A DNA stretch of 42,846 nucleotides from Gonapodya sp. JEL0774 (Eukaryota), in the NCBI GenBank assembly GCA_027604505.1, contig JADIIX010000079.1, forward strand, positions 62,001 through 104,846. Reading direction: 5' to 3'. Shown here one piece after another: positions 23,892-36,433 of this stretch; within the stretch, counting starts at the first letter, position 1; each line of letters opens with the position of its first letter. Under the pieces are notes generated by a model. That model saw nothing but the letters and a program-made list of their open reading frames with translations, searched no databases and was not told the origin of the DNA. Made by a program: the position numbers and the translations under genes.

Positions 23892-26800
23892 CTGGAAACT
23901 CATGGATTGTTCGGCCGGCGAAGCGGAAGTGAGTCGTTCCATCAGATGGGGATGGATGGTGATCGTCGAGTAGAGTGTCTTCACCCAGCCGACAAGCCAA
24001 TACCGTGAAGCAATGGAGCCACAAATACCGAACATGGTCACATATTTGTCACTCAGGACTTTCTCTACACTGCTTTGGAGCCTCGCGGTGTTACACTCTG
24101 ATGTTGTTAGGCAGTTCATCCGAACCGAGCTATGATGTCTGCTGCAATAAAATGAAGAGAAATTACTTGCAGGAGTGTCCACGTGTAATACGCTGAGTCG
24201 CAGGAAGAGGTGAAGAAATCCGTAGTTGCGAACACCTTCCTTAAGGAGGGCTGCAGAAGAGTGTCTGGAAACTAAGTTTCTTGCAAGACGGTCCAAGAGT
24301 TTGGAACTCCCTCTGGGCGTTTCAGCAGCATCGTCGCACAAACACATCGTGATCATCTATTCCGCAAATTAATATGAAACCTTTTCGGACTCTTCCCTCG
24401 TCAGGCAATCTGCCGCTGCCCCCGGTCCGTCCTCGTCCGGACCGGCCCTCTCCATCCCCGTCTCAGTTTTCATTTTCGAACGCCCCCTCTCCGAAGCCGT
24501 CGAGAAGACATTCGGTGGGGCACTGCAATCTATAGGCGTGGGTCGAGCGTCTGTTGGTGGGGCCAGTGATAAAAAGGTACCAGAGGGCGTTCTGGAAGCG
24601 ATGCGAAGAGATGCTCATCAGGTGAGTTGGAAACCATGCGTTGAAGGATTGAATCTTGGGACGAAAGTCGAAATGAGATAGAGCCACTCGTGGCAAGGTG
24701 AAGGCCGGCGATGAGACCGTGTATCGGAGGCACATACAAACTTCATGAGTCTCCTTGTTTGCACAGCGGTATGGCGGTGCCTCGCTGTCGACTGTTGGGC
24801 TTCATGTCAGCCATTCGTTCTCACCAGCAATTACTATTCATAAATTTTTGCTCTTGTTTCGGAAGCACAGCTCGCCAAACTCAAACACCCTTCTATGCTG
24901 GATGTGATTGAGGGATTGGGCGAATACAGGATGGGAATGGCGTTTGGGACGGAAAGGTGAGCCAGAAAATGCGCCAAGGAAGTTGCTCCACTGGGGAATA
25001 ATGTTAGAACAAAGACACTGGACGCGGTTGAAGAAGATTGGAAGAACCTTCCGTGCCAGCAGTCCCACATACATTCCCAACCGGTTTTGCAACTTGCCCT
25101 TCCAGCTGATGAAACCAATTGATTCTATTGTGAATCCCGTACATTTTTGCTTCCGTTTAGCGTCCAAGCAACAATAGGAAATATCATCCGTAGAAAGTTT
25201 GTGAGTTGCCCGCACCACCGCGATTGTGATTTGTGCGTGACACTTTCTTTCACTGCGGGGAACTCTCTTGTACGCTCTTCAAATTTGAAAATCTATGTTA
25301 CAATATACCAGCTCTCACCGGATGCTGCCTCCTACGAGCTCGATGACCTGGAAATCCAAAAAGGGTTGCTGACTGTTGCCAAGGGACTGGAATTCCTGCA
25401 GAAGGCACGCATCGTACACGGAAATCTCACCCCTCAAGCGCTGTTTTTGACTTCGAAGGGAGAATGGAAGATCGCAGGTGTGTTGCGCTTGAAAGCACCC
25501 CGACAAATCTGTGTTTAAGGTTTGGGACTCCGTCGAGGCTTCAACTACACCATCCAAATTTCAACGGACTCAACATGTGCGAAGCCATCGGATTGGCACG
25601 CTGAGCACCGTTTGGATAGTAATGAGACGACAGACAAACCAAATCTCGATTTTGTGGCACCGGAGGTAATACTGGATGAGCAGTGTTCTTACTCCAGTGG
25701 TAAGTTTCGCCAGAAAATTGGATGCATCTTCACACATTATACAATGTTCCTATTATTCCCCAAACGCCTGGCAAAAACATCCAGATATGTACTCTTTGGG
25801 ATGTCTTATTTACGCTTTGTACAACGAAGGACGGTCTCCAGTACAATCGCACGGCTCGGTTCGATCCTGGAAGCAGCTGGTGCAAAGTGTCGATCGAACG
25901 GACTTATCAAAACTTCCTGGTCCACTACAACGTGAGTATCAAGTCTTGGTGTGAATCAGTGTGGGTTTTGACTGTTCAATTCTTCGTTCAGAATGCGTCT
26001 CGCGGATGCTAACCCGTTCACCGAGCCGCATAACTCCGACTGAGTTCATAGAGTCCGGCTACTTTCAAAATCTATTGATTTCGACGCTGCAATTCCTCGA
26101 AGATTTTATCAGCAAGTCTCAGGTGCGTTTCCGAATGTCATCGGGCGCTTCTCGGGTCATTGACCGTCTTCGATCTGGTTGTTAGCTTCACAAGGCACAG
26201 TTCTTAAAAGGTCTCGTCAAAGTTTTGCCCTCATTCTCGAAAAAAATGCAGACCACCAAGGTTCGTTCCACGTCGATCTACAGAAGCCCCACAGTAACTC
26301 ACAAAGCAATTGCAGATTCTGAACCACCTCTTGAACGAGCTCAAAGATCCGGCGATGGTAACAGCTGGTAGTGTGTGCGGTTTGATTACGACTGAGATGT
26401 TACTTTGCCGTCAGATTCCCTATGTCTTACCAAATATTTTCGAAATCTGTGAGCATATGTCTCACACAGACTTCCAGACGAAGGTACAGTGACTTGTCAA
26501 ATCTGAGCAAGCTTGCTCTTCTCACGTGACTTTCAATGTCAGGTACAACCGTTGTTGCGACCTGTGTTTTCAATCCGAGAGCCGGTTCAGATCCCTGTAG
26601 TGTTCCTGTCACGATTAGATTTGCTGAAAAGAGTGCGTAGATCTTCTACTTCTTCAGCATCAGCGTTACTGAATCTGGAATATGCGCCACACAGTTGCTC
26701 TCCCCTCCTGATATCGTCACCATCCTGTACTCTGCAATTGAGCATCCGGTTCTCATGGTACAGAACCAAGCGCTTAAAGTTATACCCAGTCTTTTGGATG

Positions 26801-28403
26801 CCTTGGATTACAACACGATAAAGAACTCTGTGAGTTTTGGAAGTTACTAGTGGACTCCAAGAACCTCGTACTCACCCGATTCGATGCGTGGGTAATAGCT
26901 TTTCCCACGCATATCGCACCTATTCACCACATCCACTAACGTTGCTATCAAGACTCAATGTCTTACCACGATTGCTACTTTCGTCGCGCAGCTTGATAAG
27001 TTTGTCATCTCAACAAAACTCTTGCCGCTGTTGCGCGAGAATAGAGTGCGAGAGCCGGGGGTTATCATGGCTAGTCTTCCACTTTACGTCGAATGTGGTA
27101 ACATAGCGGACAAAGAAATAGTTGCCACTGAGGTTATTCCAGAACTTTGGTACGTTTTCCCGGATTTAAACATGAAAGGTTGATGGAGCCTGACCAAATG
27201 CTGATTCGCAGGAAACTCGCAATTGATCCTGTGTTAGAAGTTAGTCAGTTTAAAGGCTATATGACTGTCATCAAGGTTTGGCACCAGCTCGGAATGTCTC
27301 AATGCTCTTTTCATGACGGTCATTTTGGTGACAGGACCTGGGTACCAAACTCGAAGAAACCCACCTCAAACAACTTGAAGAGATGCGAGGACCCGAAATG
27401 GCTGGGTACGGAGCAAACAAGCAAGCTGGTGAGAGCATGTTGTTGCTGCTGTTTCAATTGCCTGTTTTGCTCACTGACGAGGAATGGACTTTCTCCAGCT
27501 GGTTTGGAAATGCCCATCGTCAATGTGAATCCCACGAACGATGACATCACAACGTTTGAGAGTTTACTTCAACTCAGCCCAGAGAATGGCGTTGGTTTGC
27601 ACCTCTCGAATAAGATGCCAAATGTCCTATCCGAATCAGCACTCCCACTAGCTTTCGGGGTTGGAATTCCAGCTCCAAAAGGAAGCTCTCCGTCGGCATT
27701 GCCGGAATCCCCACAGTTCGGCAAAAACGATCTCTTGTCCTCGGTCAATTTAGATGGAGTGTCCCCTGGAATGTTTAGATCTAGCGCGTTTACCACTCCC
27801 TCCGTGTCTACGATGAGCCCTCCCTCGACTTCCCGATCCTCCTCGGCAGAACCTCAATTTTCCGCCAACTTTGCTGGCTTCTCCTCGTCGCCCAGTCCCA
27901 AACAGACATCCGGCGTCTCTCGAACACTGGCCGGCATGCAATTTGACATGACAAATGGAATTAACGTCAGGCCGTCCGCACCGGGACCTATATTCCAATC
28001 CCCGCCGAACTTTAACTATCGCCATTCCCTTGGTGACAATGCCGGTCTGGGATCAATACTCTCCGGACCGGGACGACCTTCCCCATTCGTGTCGACTAGC
28101 CCCACCCCTCTGTACTCGTCAACTCCGAACTATGGTGGAGGGCCATTGACCACTCCTCAGCGGCCACTCGGACCTTCCCCAATCAGCCCGATTGGCCAGC
28201 AGCTTCTCGGTATCAGTGGATCGCAACAGCCAACTCAGGGAATAGGATCCGGATTCGGATGGTCACCTCAGGGACAATCGCAGGGTTTCGTGTCTGCGGG
28301 GCGGGGGATCATGCAACCTATGCAGCCCACGCAGCCCACTCAGGTGGGGCCCACAGGTATTTCTGCTAGATCAAGTTTAAATCAGTTTGATCCATTCGCT
28401 TAG
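23892..28403 (+). CDS. SCY1: SCY1/SCYL2-like pseudokinase with HEAT repeats and a low-complexity tail; start codon not resolved
   Basis: Exons give GNSWIVRPAKRK|..VSVFIFER..MRRDAHQ|LAKLKHPSMLDVIE, ELDDLEIQKGLLTVAKGLEFL..VHGNLTPQALFLTSKGEWKIAG, PNLDFVAPE, DMYSLGCLIYALY and KAQFLKGLVKVLPSF. No HRD or DFG motif. Ends QFDPFA*. Confidence 0.88.
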
Positions 28404-28520
28404 CATGAAGTCGTCTGAGCGTGGTGTCATGTACTAAGCCGCAACATCGTATACACATACATACATGGATCTGTCTCAAGGTAGTTAGTTAACAGAGGTT
28501 ACTGTCGGAACTGGAGCCTG

Positions 28521-28572
28521 CCCCCCCCCCGCCCCCCTCCTCCACACACACACCCCGTCTTCCCCGCCCGCC
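28521..28572. repeat. Poly-C/CA low-complexity tract between convergent SCY1 and SPEF1 3' ends
   Basis: cccccccccc gcccccctcc tccacacaca caccccgtct tccccgcccg cc. Confidence 0.75.
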
Positions 28573-28645
28573 ATTTTCCTCTTGAAAGCCGACAATGAAT
28601 AAGTTATGAAGTGTCCAATATGTACAATGCGCTCTCAATGATAAA

Positions 28646-30295
28646 TCAAACTCTGATACCTGCTGCTTTCAACTTCTTAGTTAGTTCCTCTATTCGCTTA
28701 TCCTTAAGCTGAAGGAGTTGTTCGAGCTTTGTGATCTTCATTTGCATGATCTAGCCGAAGAAGCGAGAGTATTTCACTGAAGTCGATGCGCACAGAACAG
28801 TCAGCCCCCTTCCGCTCCCTTCCTCACATCAATAGTCTCCTGCATTTCTTGTGACCCTTGCCCTGCTCCCCCACCCGCTGGACTTCCATTCAGTCGAGAT
28901 TGAGAATAGCTACCGGCTGTGTACAAGGCCGGTCCGAAGCCAGGTTGCTGGCCCTGTCCCGGCTGCGCAAGACCCCCCTGCGATCCTCCTATAGATCCTC
29001 GACCGGCTACAAGTGAATGGGAGGATGCAGAAGTGTTGGGAGGTTGAAAGGCCGAGGACGATTGTTGGAGCGATGTGGGGTAAGCCGGGCTGGAAGGATT
29101 TTGCATAGAAGAGAAATTTTGTTGAAACTGTTGAGGCTGTTGATAGGGGCCGGTAGGGCCGGTTGGGTATTGTCCCTGTCCAGCTCCAACGGTGTATGAT
29201 GGTGAGCCTGGGAGTGGTGGGTGGGGGGAACGGAAACCGGCCTGGGTCGAATTGAATCCGCCACTGGGGGTAGGGGAGTACAAAGCGCCATCAGCGTAGG
29301 CGGAAAGCTGCCGCGTGCGAGTGTGATGGGTGATGTATGCGTCGATCTTCTCAGAGATGAATGTAAGCCCGAGGGGAGAATTCGTTGATACGGCCAATCT
29401 CATGCCAAAACGCCATTGTGCTTTTTGCCTACCTTCCCTCGTAGTTCATGGAGGAGAATCTCGACATAGCCTGGTTTGCATGCCACCATGGCGCGAATGA
29501 GGTCGTCAGGGACTGTATAGTTTAACTTGCGAAGCACTTTCTCTGAACAACGAGAGCATTCAGTCCCAATTATCTCACCACGCTCAGCTTAAGTGTTATA
29601 TGAGAGTGGCTTACGATTTAGCGTGCTCCAGTTGTACATTTTTTGGCCTACCGCGTTGGCGGGAGAGTAGTTGTGTAGCTCTACGAGTTTGGGGAGGAAA
29701 TGGTGGACGACTTCTGCACATGCGACTGAGGACGATTATGCAACCGCAAGATAGGACGTCATGGTTCCGACTATTGAGACCATGAGCAGTAGCAGTGTGC
29801 GCCGTAGGTCAACACTCACCACCGTCGCTGAAGTCCCGGGTGATATTGCGTTTGGGTCGTGAGAGCGGGATCTGGGAGGGAGGGACAAGTCCCGTAGTGA
29901 GCAGGAGATAGGTATTTATGAAAAGATCCCGAACAATTCTCTTGCGAGACCAGATGCATGAAGTTTGGACGTTCTGCAGACAGAACCTCTGTCCCATACG
30001 CGCCGTGACCCCATTCTCTACGCCACGAACTTCATTTGAATCTTTCGTTCGTTTCCGATTTCATTGGAGGGCTGCTACATCACTGATAGTTGTACCGCGC
30101 TCCAAGCCGTTCTTCGTCTTCCCTCAGACCTTGAAGGGAGCCGGACAGAAGTATGCACTCCGCGGACATGTTGAGCACAATACACCACCACGATTCTCTT
30201 AGTGATGACAAATTTCGTTGCTGTCCGCGGGCGCTGCCCACCTCGTCGATCCACGCGTAGAGCGACTGAATCTCCTCCTCGGGCAACTCCTGCAT
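28646..30295 (-). CDS. SPEF1: Sperm flagellar protein 1 (CLAMP)-like CH-domain microtubule-binding protein
   Basis: MQELPEEEIQSLYAWIDE|IPLSRPKRNITRDFSDG|..AEVVHHFLPKLVELHNYSPAN..QKMYNWSTLN|.KVLRKL. C-terminal coiled coil QEMQETID|IMQMKITKLEQLLQLKDKRIEEL. Stop at 28646-28648. Confidence 0.93.
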
Positions 30296-30642
30296 TCACG
30301 TATCCGTGGGGTGCCGAGAGAAGACGATGCGGAGATTGCGAGAGGAAATGGACGTTGTCGCTTCACGGATCGATCAGGATCGTCCGCGGGTTCGTTTATC
30401 TAATGGCAGACGGGGACTGCGGCACTCGGCTGTCCAATATTACCATGCACCCAGAACTGCCCCAACCAGCACTTTCGTACTTTGCTAATTTTAATTCCCC
30501 TGCATTCACCAATTCAAGCACGCCGTTTCTTTTGTGAACGCAGTGCATTCTTTTTCGCCATCCCCGTGGAGCTTCAGCGGGCATCCGTTCTTCATCCTCT
30601 GCTCCCCCCTTCCTCACCAAACTCTCCGAAAAACTCGTGTAA
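30296..30642. promoter_or_regulatory. Probable bidirectional promoter for SPEF1 and beta-COP
   Basis: Only 347 bp separate the two divergent start codons; inferred from gene geometry alone. Confidence 0.5.
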
Positions 30643-33600
30643 ATGGCGGACGTATGCTACACCTTGGTTCAACAAGCGGACGACAAGGACCAGGTGGCGC
30701 TGCAAGACCTGAAACTGCAGCTGGAACATGGGTGAGTTTGCCTCAGACGATCATCTCTCGTTGGCGTTTCCTTTGACCCCAAATCGACCTTTTGCTCGCT
30801 GATGGAATAACGGATGCCATGAAATTTTTACTTGGGAATCGACAAATCATCGTGGTGTCCTCTTTTTCCTACTGGGGCTCGTGTTCGGCAAATCTGCTTC
30901 CTCTTGATCGTCAACCCTTCCTGTATCGTTGTCTGACCCACAACTTCTCTACTCTCGCGGCACGCCCGCAATCATCGACCTCCGCTGACCGAAATAAGCC
31001 GTGATGACGCCAAAATTGAAACCATGAAGAAGATCCTCACCATGATGCTGAATGGCGAATCCCTCCCAGGAGTCCTCATGCACATCATGCGCTTCATCAC
31101 TCCCTCCAAGAACAAGCAGCTCAAAAAGCTCTTGCTCATTTACTGGGAAATTGTACCCAAAACAGATGCCAACGGGAAGCTTAAGCAGGAGATGATTCTG
31201 GTTTGGTGAGTATCCTGTGACATTCGGACAAAGGCTCCATGACTGGTCACAGTGGAAAACCGTAAATTGTGAAACTTCGACAATGGGACTATAGCTATGT
31301 CTCGAGTGAAGCAGAAAATGAGATCCATGGTGTGATCTGTCGCAAAAAGTGACCTAACTCCACCATCACCATGCCCCCATCACTCTCTCGACACCCTTTC
31401 ACCACACCCTCATCCGCAGCAACGCCCTCCGAAACGATCTCATTCACCCCAATGAATTTGTCCGTGGCATGACCCTCCGATTCCTCTGCAAAGTTAAGGA
31501 AGCGGAACTCCTCGAACCCTTGGTGCCGTCTGTGCGGGCGTGTCTCGAACACAGGTACCCATATGTGAGGCGGAATGCCATATTGGCCATACACGCGATG
31601 CACCGAATACACGATTTTTTGATCCCGGATGCGGCTGAGTTGATTGCGAATTATCTGCCGGGGGTGAGTTGTTATGGTGGACTGGAGAACTCGGATATGG
31701 GGGACTGAGAACGCGGGTATAGGAGTGCTCGGCAGGGACTCTCGAGTTCGCGCCGAAAGCTTGTGGATCCAAATCCTTATTTGATCGAGAACTGCGACAC
31801 TAGTGGCAATTGCGAGGCGCGGCTTGTGCAAGAGAGGTCGCATCCCACACCGAGTTCTCACATGATATTCTCCACTTTACCCACCCAATATCTCCATTCT
31901 CCTGCACTGCATTTTTGTCCAACCAGGAATCCGACGCCGGATGCCGCCGTGCCGGCTTCCTCGCTCTTACCAACACCGACCCTGCCAAAGCCCTACACTG
32001 GCTCCAAATGGTGTGGCAACAAATCCCCAACTTTGATGAGAACTTGCAACTGGCAGTGATTGAATTCGTGCGCAAGGATTGCAGGACACCCGGGGCCGAC
32101 AAGGTGAGCCGGACGATGGGAGATTGGGTGTGCAGGAGATGTTTTGGCCAACATGACATGAGCGGTGTATTGGTGGCGCGGTTGCATCGAGTTGTGTCAG
32201 GCGAAAGTTGGAGCATGGGTGAATTCTAAGTCGAAACGGACAGTGGGGCTTACACACCTGGAGACAACTGAGGTACGGTGTTGACGGATGAACGCAGATG
32301 GTCCTCATTAGGGAAGCACAAACTGCATCGCAGATGATTCAGTCACACCATGAATCGGAACCTGTCGATGGAGAGTGAATGACACGCACGATTGTTCCCC
32401 ACTATTGCCAGGCCAAATACATACAAGCCATCCTTAATCTCCTCTCCGCTCCCTCCGCCGCCGTGAAATACGAAGCCGCCGGCACTCTCGTCACCCTCAC
32501 CTCTCACGCCTCAGCCGTAAAGGCTGCTGCCTCGGCCTATATCGACCTGGCACTCCGGGAAGCTGACAACAACGTAAAGTTGATTGTGATGGACAGAATC
32601 GGTGAGCTGCGAAGCAAGTACGACCACGTTTTGGACGATCTCGTAATGGATATTTTGAGGGTGTTGGGGAGGTGAGTTGGTGCTGGTATCCAGTGACGTG
32701 AATGAACTGGGCCGAGTTCATCAGTGTTGACGGATAAATTACATCTCATCGGCCCGTGCGGCGTTTTTTAGCCCCGATCTCGAAGTTCGTCGAAAGTGCA
32801 TTCGAATTGCCATGGAGATGGTGTCAACCCGAAATGTGGACGAGGTAGTGCAGTTCTTGAAAAAAGAGCTCATCAAAACTCACGATCAAGAATACGAGAA
32901 AGTGAGATAGACGTTGGAACTCGGCAGCGGAGTCGTGTTCTGTTCCGCTCCAACCTCTCGCTTGTTCACAGAACAATGAATACCGGCAGCTTCTCATCCA
33001 AGCCATCCACTCTTGTGCCATAAAGTTTCACGAAGTGGCGGCCAACGTGGTACACGTCCTCATGGAATTTTTGGCGGACTCCTCCAACACCTCTGCTGTG
33101 GACGTTGTGGCCTTTGTGCGCGAAGTGATGGAAAAGTACCCAAACCTTCGCAAGTCCATCGTGGAAAAGTTACTTTCGACTTTCGCAGATATTAAAGCGG
33201 GGAGGGTGTTCAGGGGTGCTCTGTGGATATTGGGAGAGTACACATTGGATGCAGTGTCCATCGAGGAATCTTTCAAGGTTGTTCGAGGGACTTTGGGAGA
33301 GATTCCGTTGCTTGCTACAGAGCAGGTTTGTTTGTTGACAGAAGTTGGGAAGGCTTGCTTGTGCAACCTAACAGTGGCTCTCCAATCGACATAGCGCGCT
33401 TTGGAGGACAGTGGGGACAAGGTGAAAGAAAAAACGCCGACCACTGATGACCGGGAGAGACGCTCCACGGCTAGTCCGACGTTGACCTCGCCAGCCACAA
33501 GTGCACCTCCCACTCAGGGAAGTTCGGGTCGTCGCGTACTCGCGGACGGAACATACGCGACAGAGAGCGCCTACAGCTCCGTGGCGAAGACGGGAAGGGA

Positions 33601-35277
33601 AGAAAAAAAAAGCAAGCCACCTTTGCGCAGTGCGTTTGTCGTGTGTGTTAGTCAGGAGAGGCGCTTGTTTTCTGTGTAACCGAGCTGTTGTACCGTCTCC
33701 CGGCAGCCCTCATCCTCAATGGAGATTACTTCCTGGGTTCCGTACTTGCTACTACCCTCACCAAGATGGTGTTGCGATATCCGGCTTTTGGAGCTGAAAA
33801 GGCCAGAGAGAATGCTCTCCGAGCAGAGGTTCGTTGTTCAAGAGTCCGCCAGTTCGTATGGTTGTGTTCTCAATCATCTACTGTCTACACTCAGGCGATG
33901 CTCATCATGACGTCTATTGTCCGCGTTGGTCGTTCAGATGTGCCGTCGTCGCCCATCGACGAAGATTCGATCGACCGCATTCTTCTTTGCCTAAGGACTC
34001 TTTCCCTCCAACGCCCGACAGATGGTGAAATGGGTGGATATTTTCTCAAGGAGGGTAGAAAGGCATTTGGGATGTTGGTGGAAGCGGATGAGGTGATTGG
34101 ATGTTTGCAAAAACCAGCATCGATTTGCTAATATCAACGTTTCAATTCTGGGAAACTTGCAGAAGAAGCAACTCGAGAAGAAATCTAAAGAGAAAACTGC
34201 CCAACACGCCCTGGTCGACCAGGTAATCTCGTTTCGGTTACTGAAAACAAAAAAAGGCCTCGTCGGCGGTTCAGACGAGGTATGAATGAAAAAGGGCATT
34301 CAAAATTAGCGATCACTTACCATTCTCCATAATTGCCTCGACAAGTATGAACTTGACCTGACAAAGGCTACAGGCATCTCTGAAAGAGATGACTATATTT
34401 CTCGACTCAGCCGGGTGGTCCAGCTAACCGGATTCTCTGATCCAGTTTATGCCGAAGCGTACGTAAATGTACATCAATATGATATCCTCCTTGGTAAGAT
34501 TGTCCTCGAGAGCTGGTTTTAAAAGTTTTCACTCCAAACTTTTGTGCGCCAATGTGATCATCAACAGACATTCTTATTGTCAATCAAACCTCCGAGACCT
34601 TGCAGAATCTCACCCTTGAGTTCTCCACACTTGGTGATTTAAAGCTGGTTGAGCGACCAGCACCATACACTGTTTCTCCACGTGGATTCCACTCGATCAA
34701 AGCGAACATCAAAGTTTCTTCGACAGAAACTGGGGTCATTTTTGGCAACATCGTATACGACGGCCCCGGCGCTCTCGACACGACCTGTGTGATATTGAAC
34801 GATATTCACATTGATATCATGGACTATATCAATCCTGCTCAGTGCTCCGAGATGCAGTTCCGGTCGATGTGGACTGAGTTTGAATGGGAAAACAAAGTCA
34901 ACGTGAACACAAACATTACCGATCTCAAGGAGTATCTCGCGCACATCATGCGGTCCACGAATATGGCTTGCCTGACTCCGGACCACGCGTTGAGTGGTGA
35001 ATGCGGATTTCTTGCAGCAAACTTGTACGCCAAGAGCATTTTTGGTAAGTGCAGGGAACGAACAATGCTTCACTCGCCCGAGTTAAGCAATATCTGTTCA
35101 CATCTCATTTTGACAGGAGAAGATGCTTTGGCTAATATTTGCCTGGAGAAAAACGGTGACCATATCACAGGTCACATTCGAATCCGCTCAAAGACACAGG
35201 GTATGGCATTATCGTTGGGAGACAAAATTACTCTTAGTCAGAAAACACCTCAGAAGGAGGGTGTGTTGACAGTTTGA
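30643..35277 (+). CDS. SEC26: Coatomer subunit beta (beta-COP), multi-exon
   Basis: MADVCYTLV..; [121 protein letters not shown]. Confidence 0.97.
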
Positions 35278-35381
35278 AGAATATATATTGTCGCACCCAA
35301 TCAGACGATCGATCTCATGAGCTGCCACGCCGTACATATACCGACTACCATTTTGCCATGTGATTTCGACCTGCCCCTGCC

Positions 35382-36343
35382 ATGGTGGAACGGGCAACGC
35401 CGATACAACTTGCATTAGGGCACTATCCACCGCGACTTGTAATTCTCTTCCTTTCCGGAGCTGTCTTCGCGGTGGTGATCTCGTATCTCCAACAGCAGCA
35501 TCGCATCCTCCGTTACTCCGGCGATGGACTAGGATTTCCCTTTGTTGCCGAACCCGGGTGGCTTGCGCCTTTTTGTGGTTTCGCTGCTATGGTAGTTGGT
35601 ACAGCGTATCCGTGGTTGGACTTGATGGCGAACAAGTGGAACGATGTCGGAGTGGCGATTGCGGGAGACGACCGAACACTCACGGGACATCCCTTATCAC
35701 AACGACTAGATCGTGAAAAAAGAGCGAAAGAAGAGTTTTTTCGTTCGCGTTCAGGCGTCGCGATTGGCATGCACAAAGACTCCCCATTTTTGTCGGGAAC
35801 TCCCAGTGGTGTCATGCGCATAGTGCAAACTCTTCGACTTCGCTCTAGTCGCTCCATTCATGAAAATACAGGTGACTGGGGTACTGTGATGCGCTGCTGT
35901 GGTGGTGTTATAGGTCTGAACTATGCTGCTACAGTGAGTGTAGCGATGATTGATGTTGAACGCAGGTTTACCCTATCACATCCTCCCAAAAGAAACTACC
36001 CTGGACATCACCCACTCAGCTTTCTCTTTTATTGGCCCTTCTCGCGGTCGCCATGTGGTTTCTATTTGACCGGACCATTCAGGGATTCGTTTTGTCGGCG
36101 TCTGTCAGCACACTCGGAACTATTGTCGCTTTTGGACTCGCTTCGTATGGTTTGGTGAGGTACATGTCAGGATAATGATTCGTGAAGAATATCACATCCC
36201 CACTGAGTTCATTGTTCAGCTTCACTCAAGCAGACTTCCTCACGATTCGCTCCACCATACCATCCATATTCTTTTCGTCGTGTATTTGCTTTGGCTCTAT
36301 TGGGAGAAATCTTTCGATAGTACCCCGGGATTGGAGGGCTTAA
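35382..36343 (+). CDS. INSIG: INSIG-family multi-pass ER membrane protein (3 exons)
   Basis: Hydrophobic helices with WLAPFCGFAAMVVGTAYPWLD, DWGTVMRCCGGVIGLNYAAT|KL, MWFLFDRTIQG and DFLTIRSTIPSIFFSSCICFGSIGRNL. TAA at 36341-36343. Confidence 0.88.
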
Positions 36344-36433
36344 AATTTTGTTCACCACTGTAGTATTATGTACAAAATGGATTGATTCTTCTACAAATGA
36401 ATTGCAAACAACCTCATGCATGAAAGAGGAGAA

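Noticed and set aside
23892..36343. SCY1, beta-COP and INSIG as a trafficking gene cluster; MCM2 and MLH1 as a DNA-maintenance cluster
   Set aside because: Adjacent housekeeping genes in a compact genome; the kinase is SCYL2-type rather than the COPI-binding SCYL1-type, and nothing here shows co-regulation.
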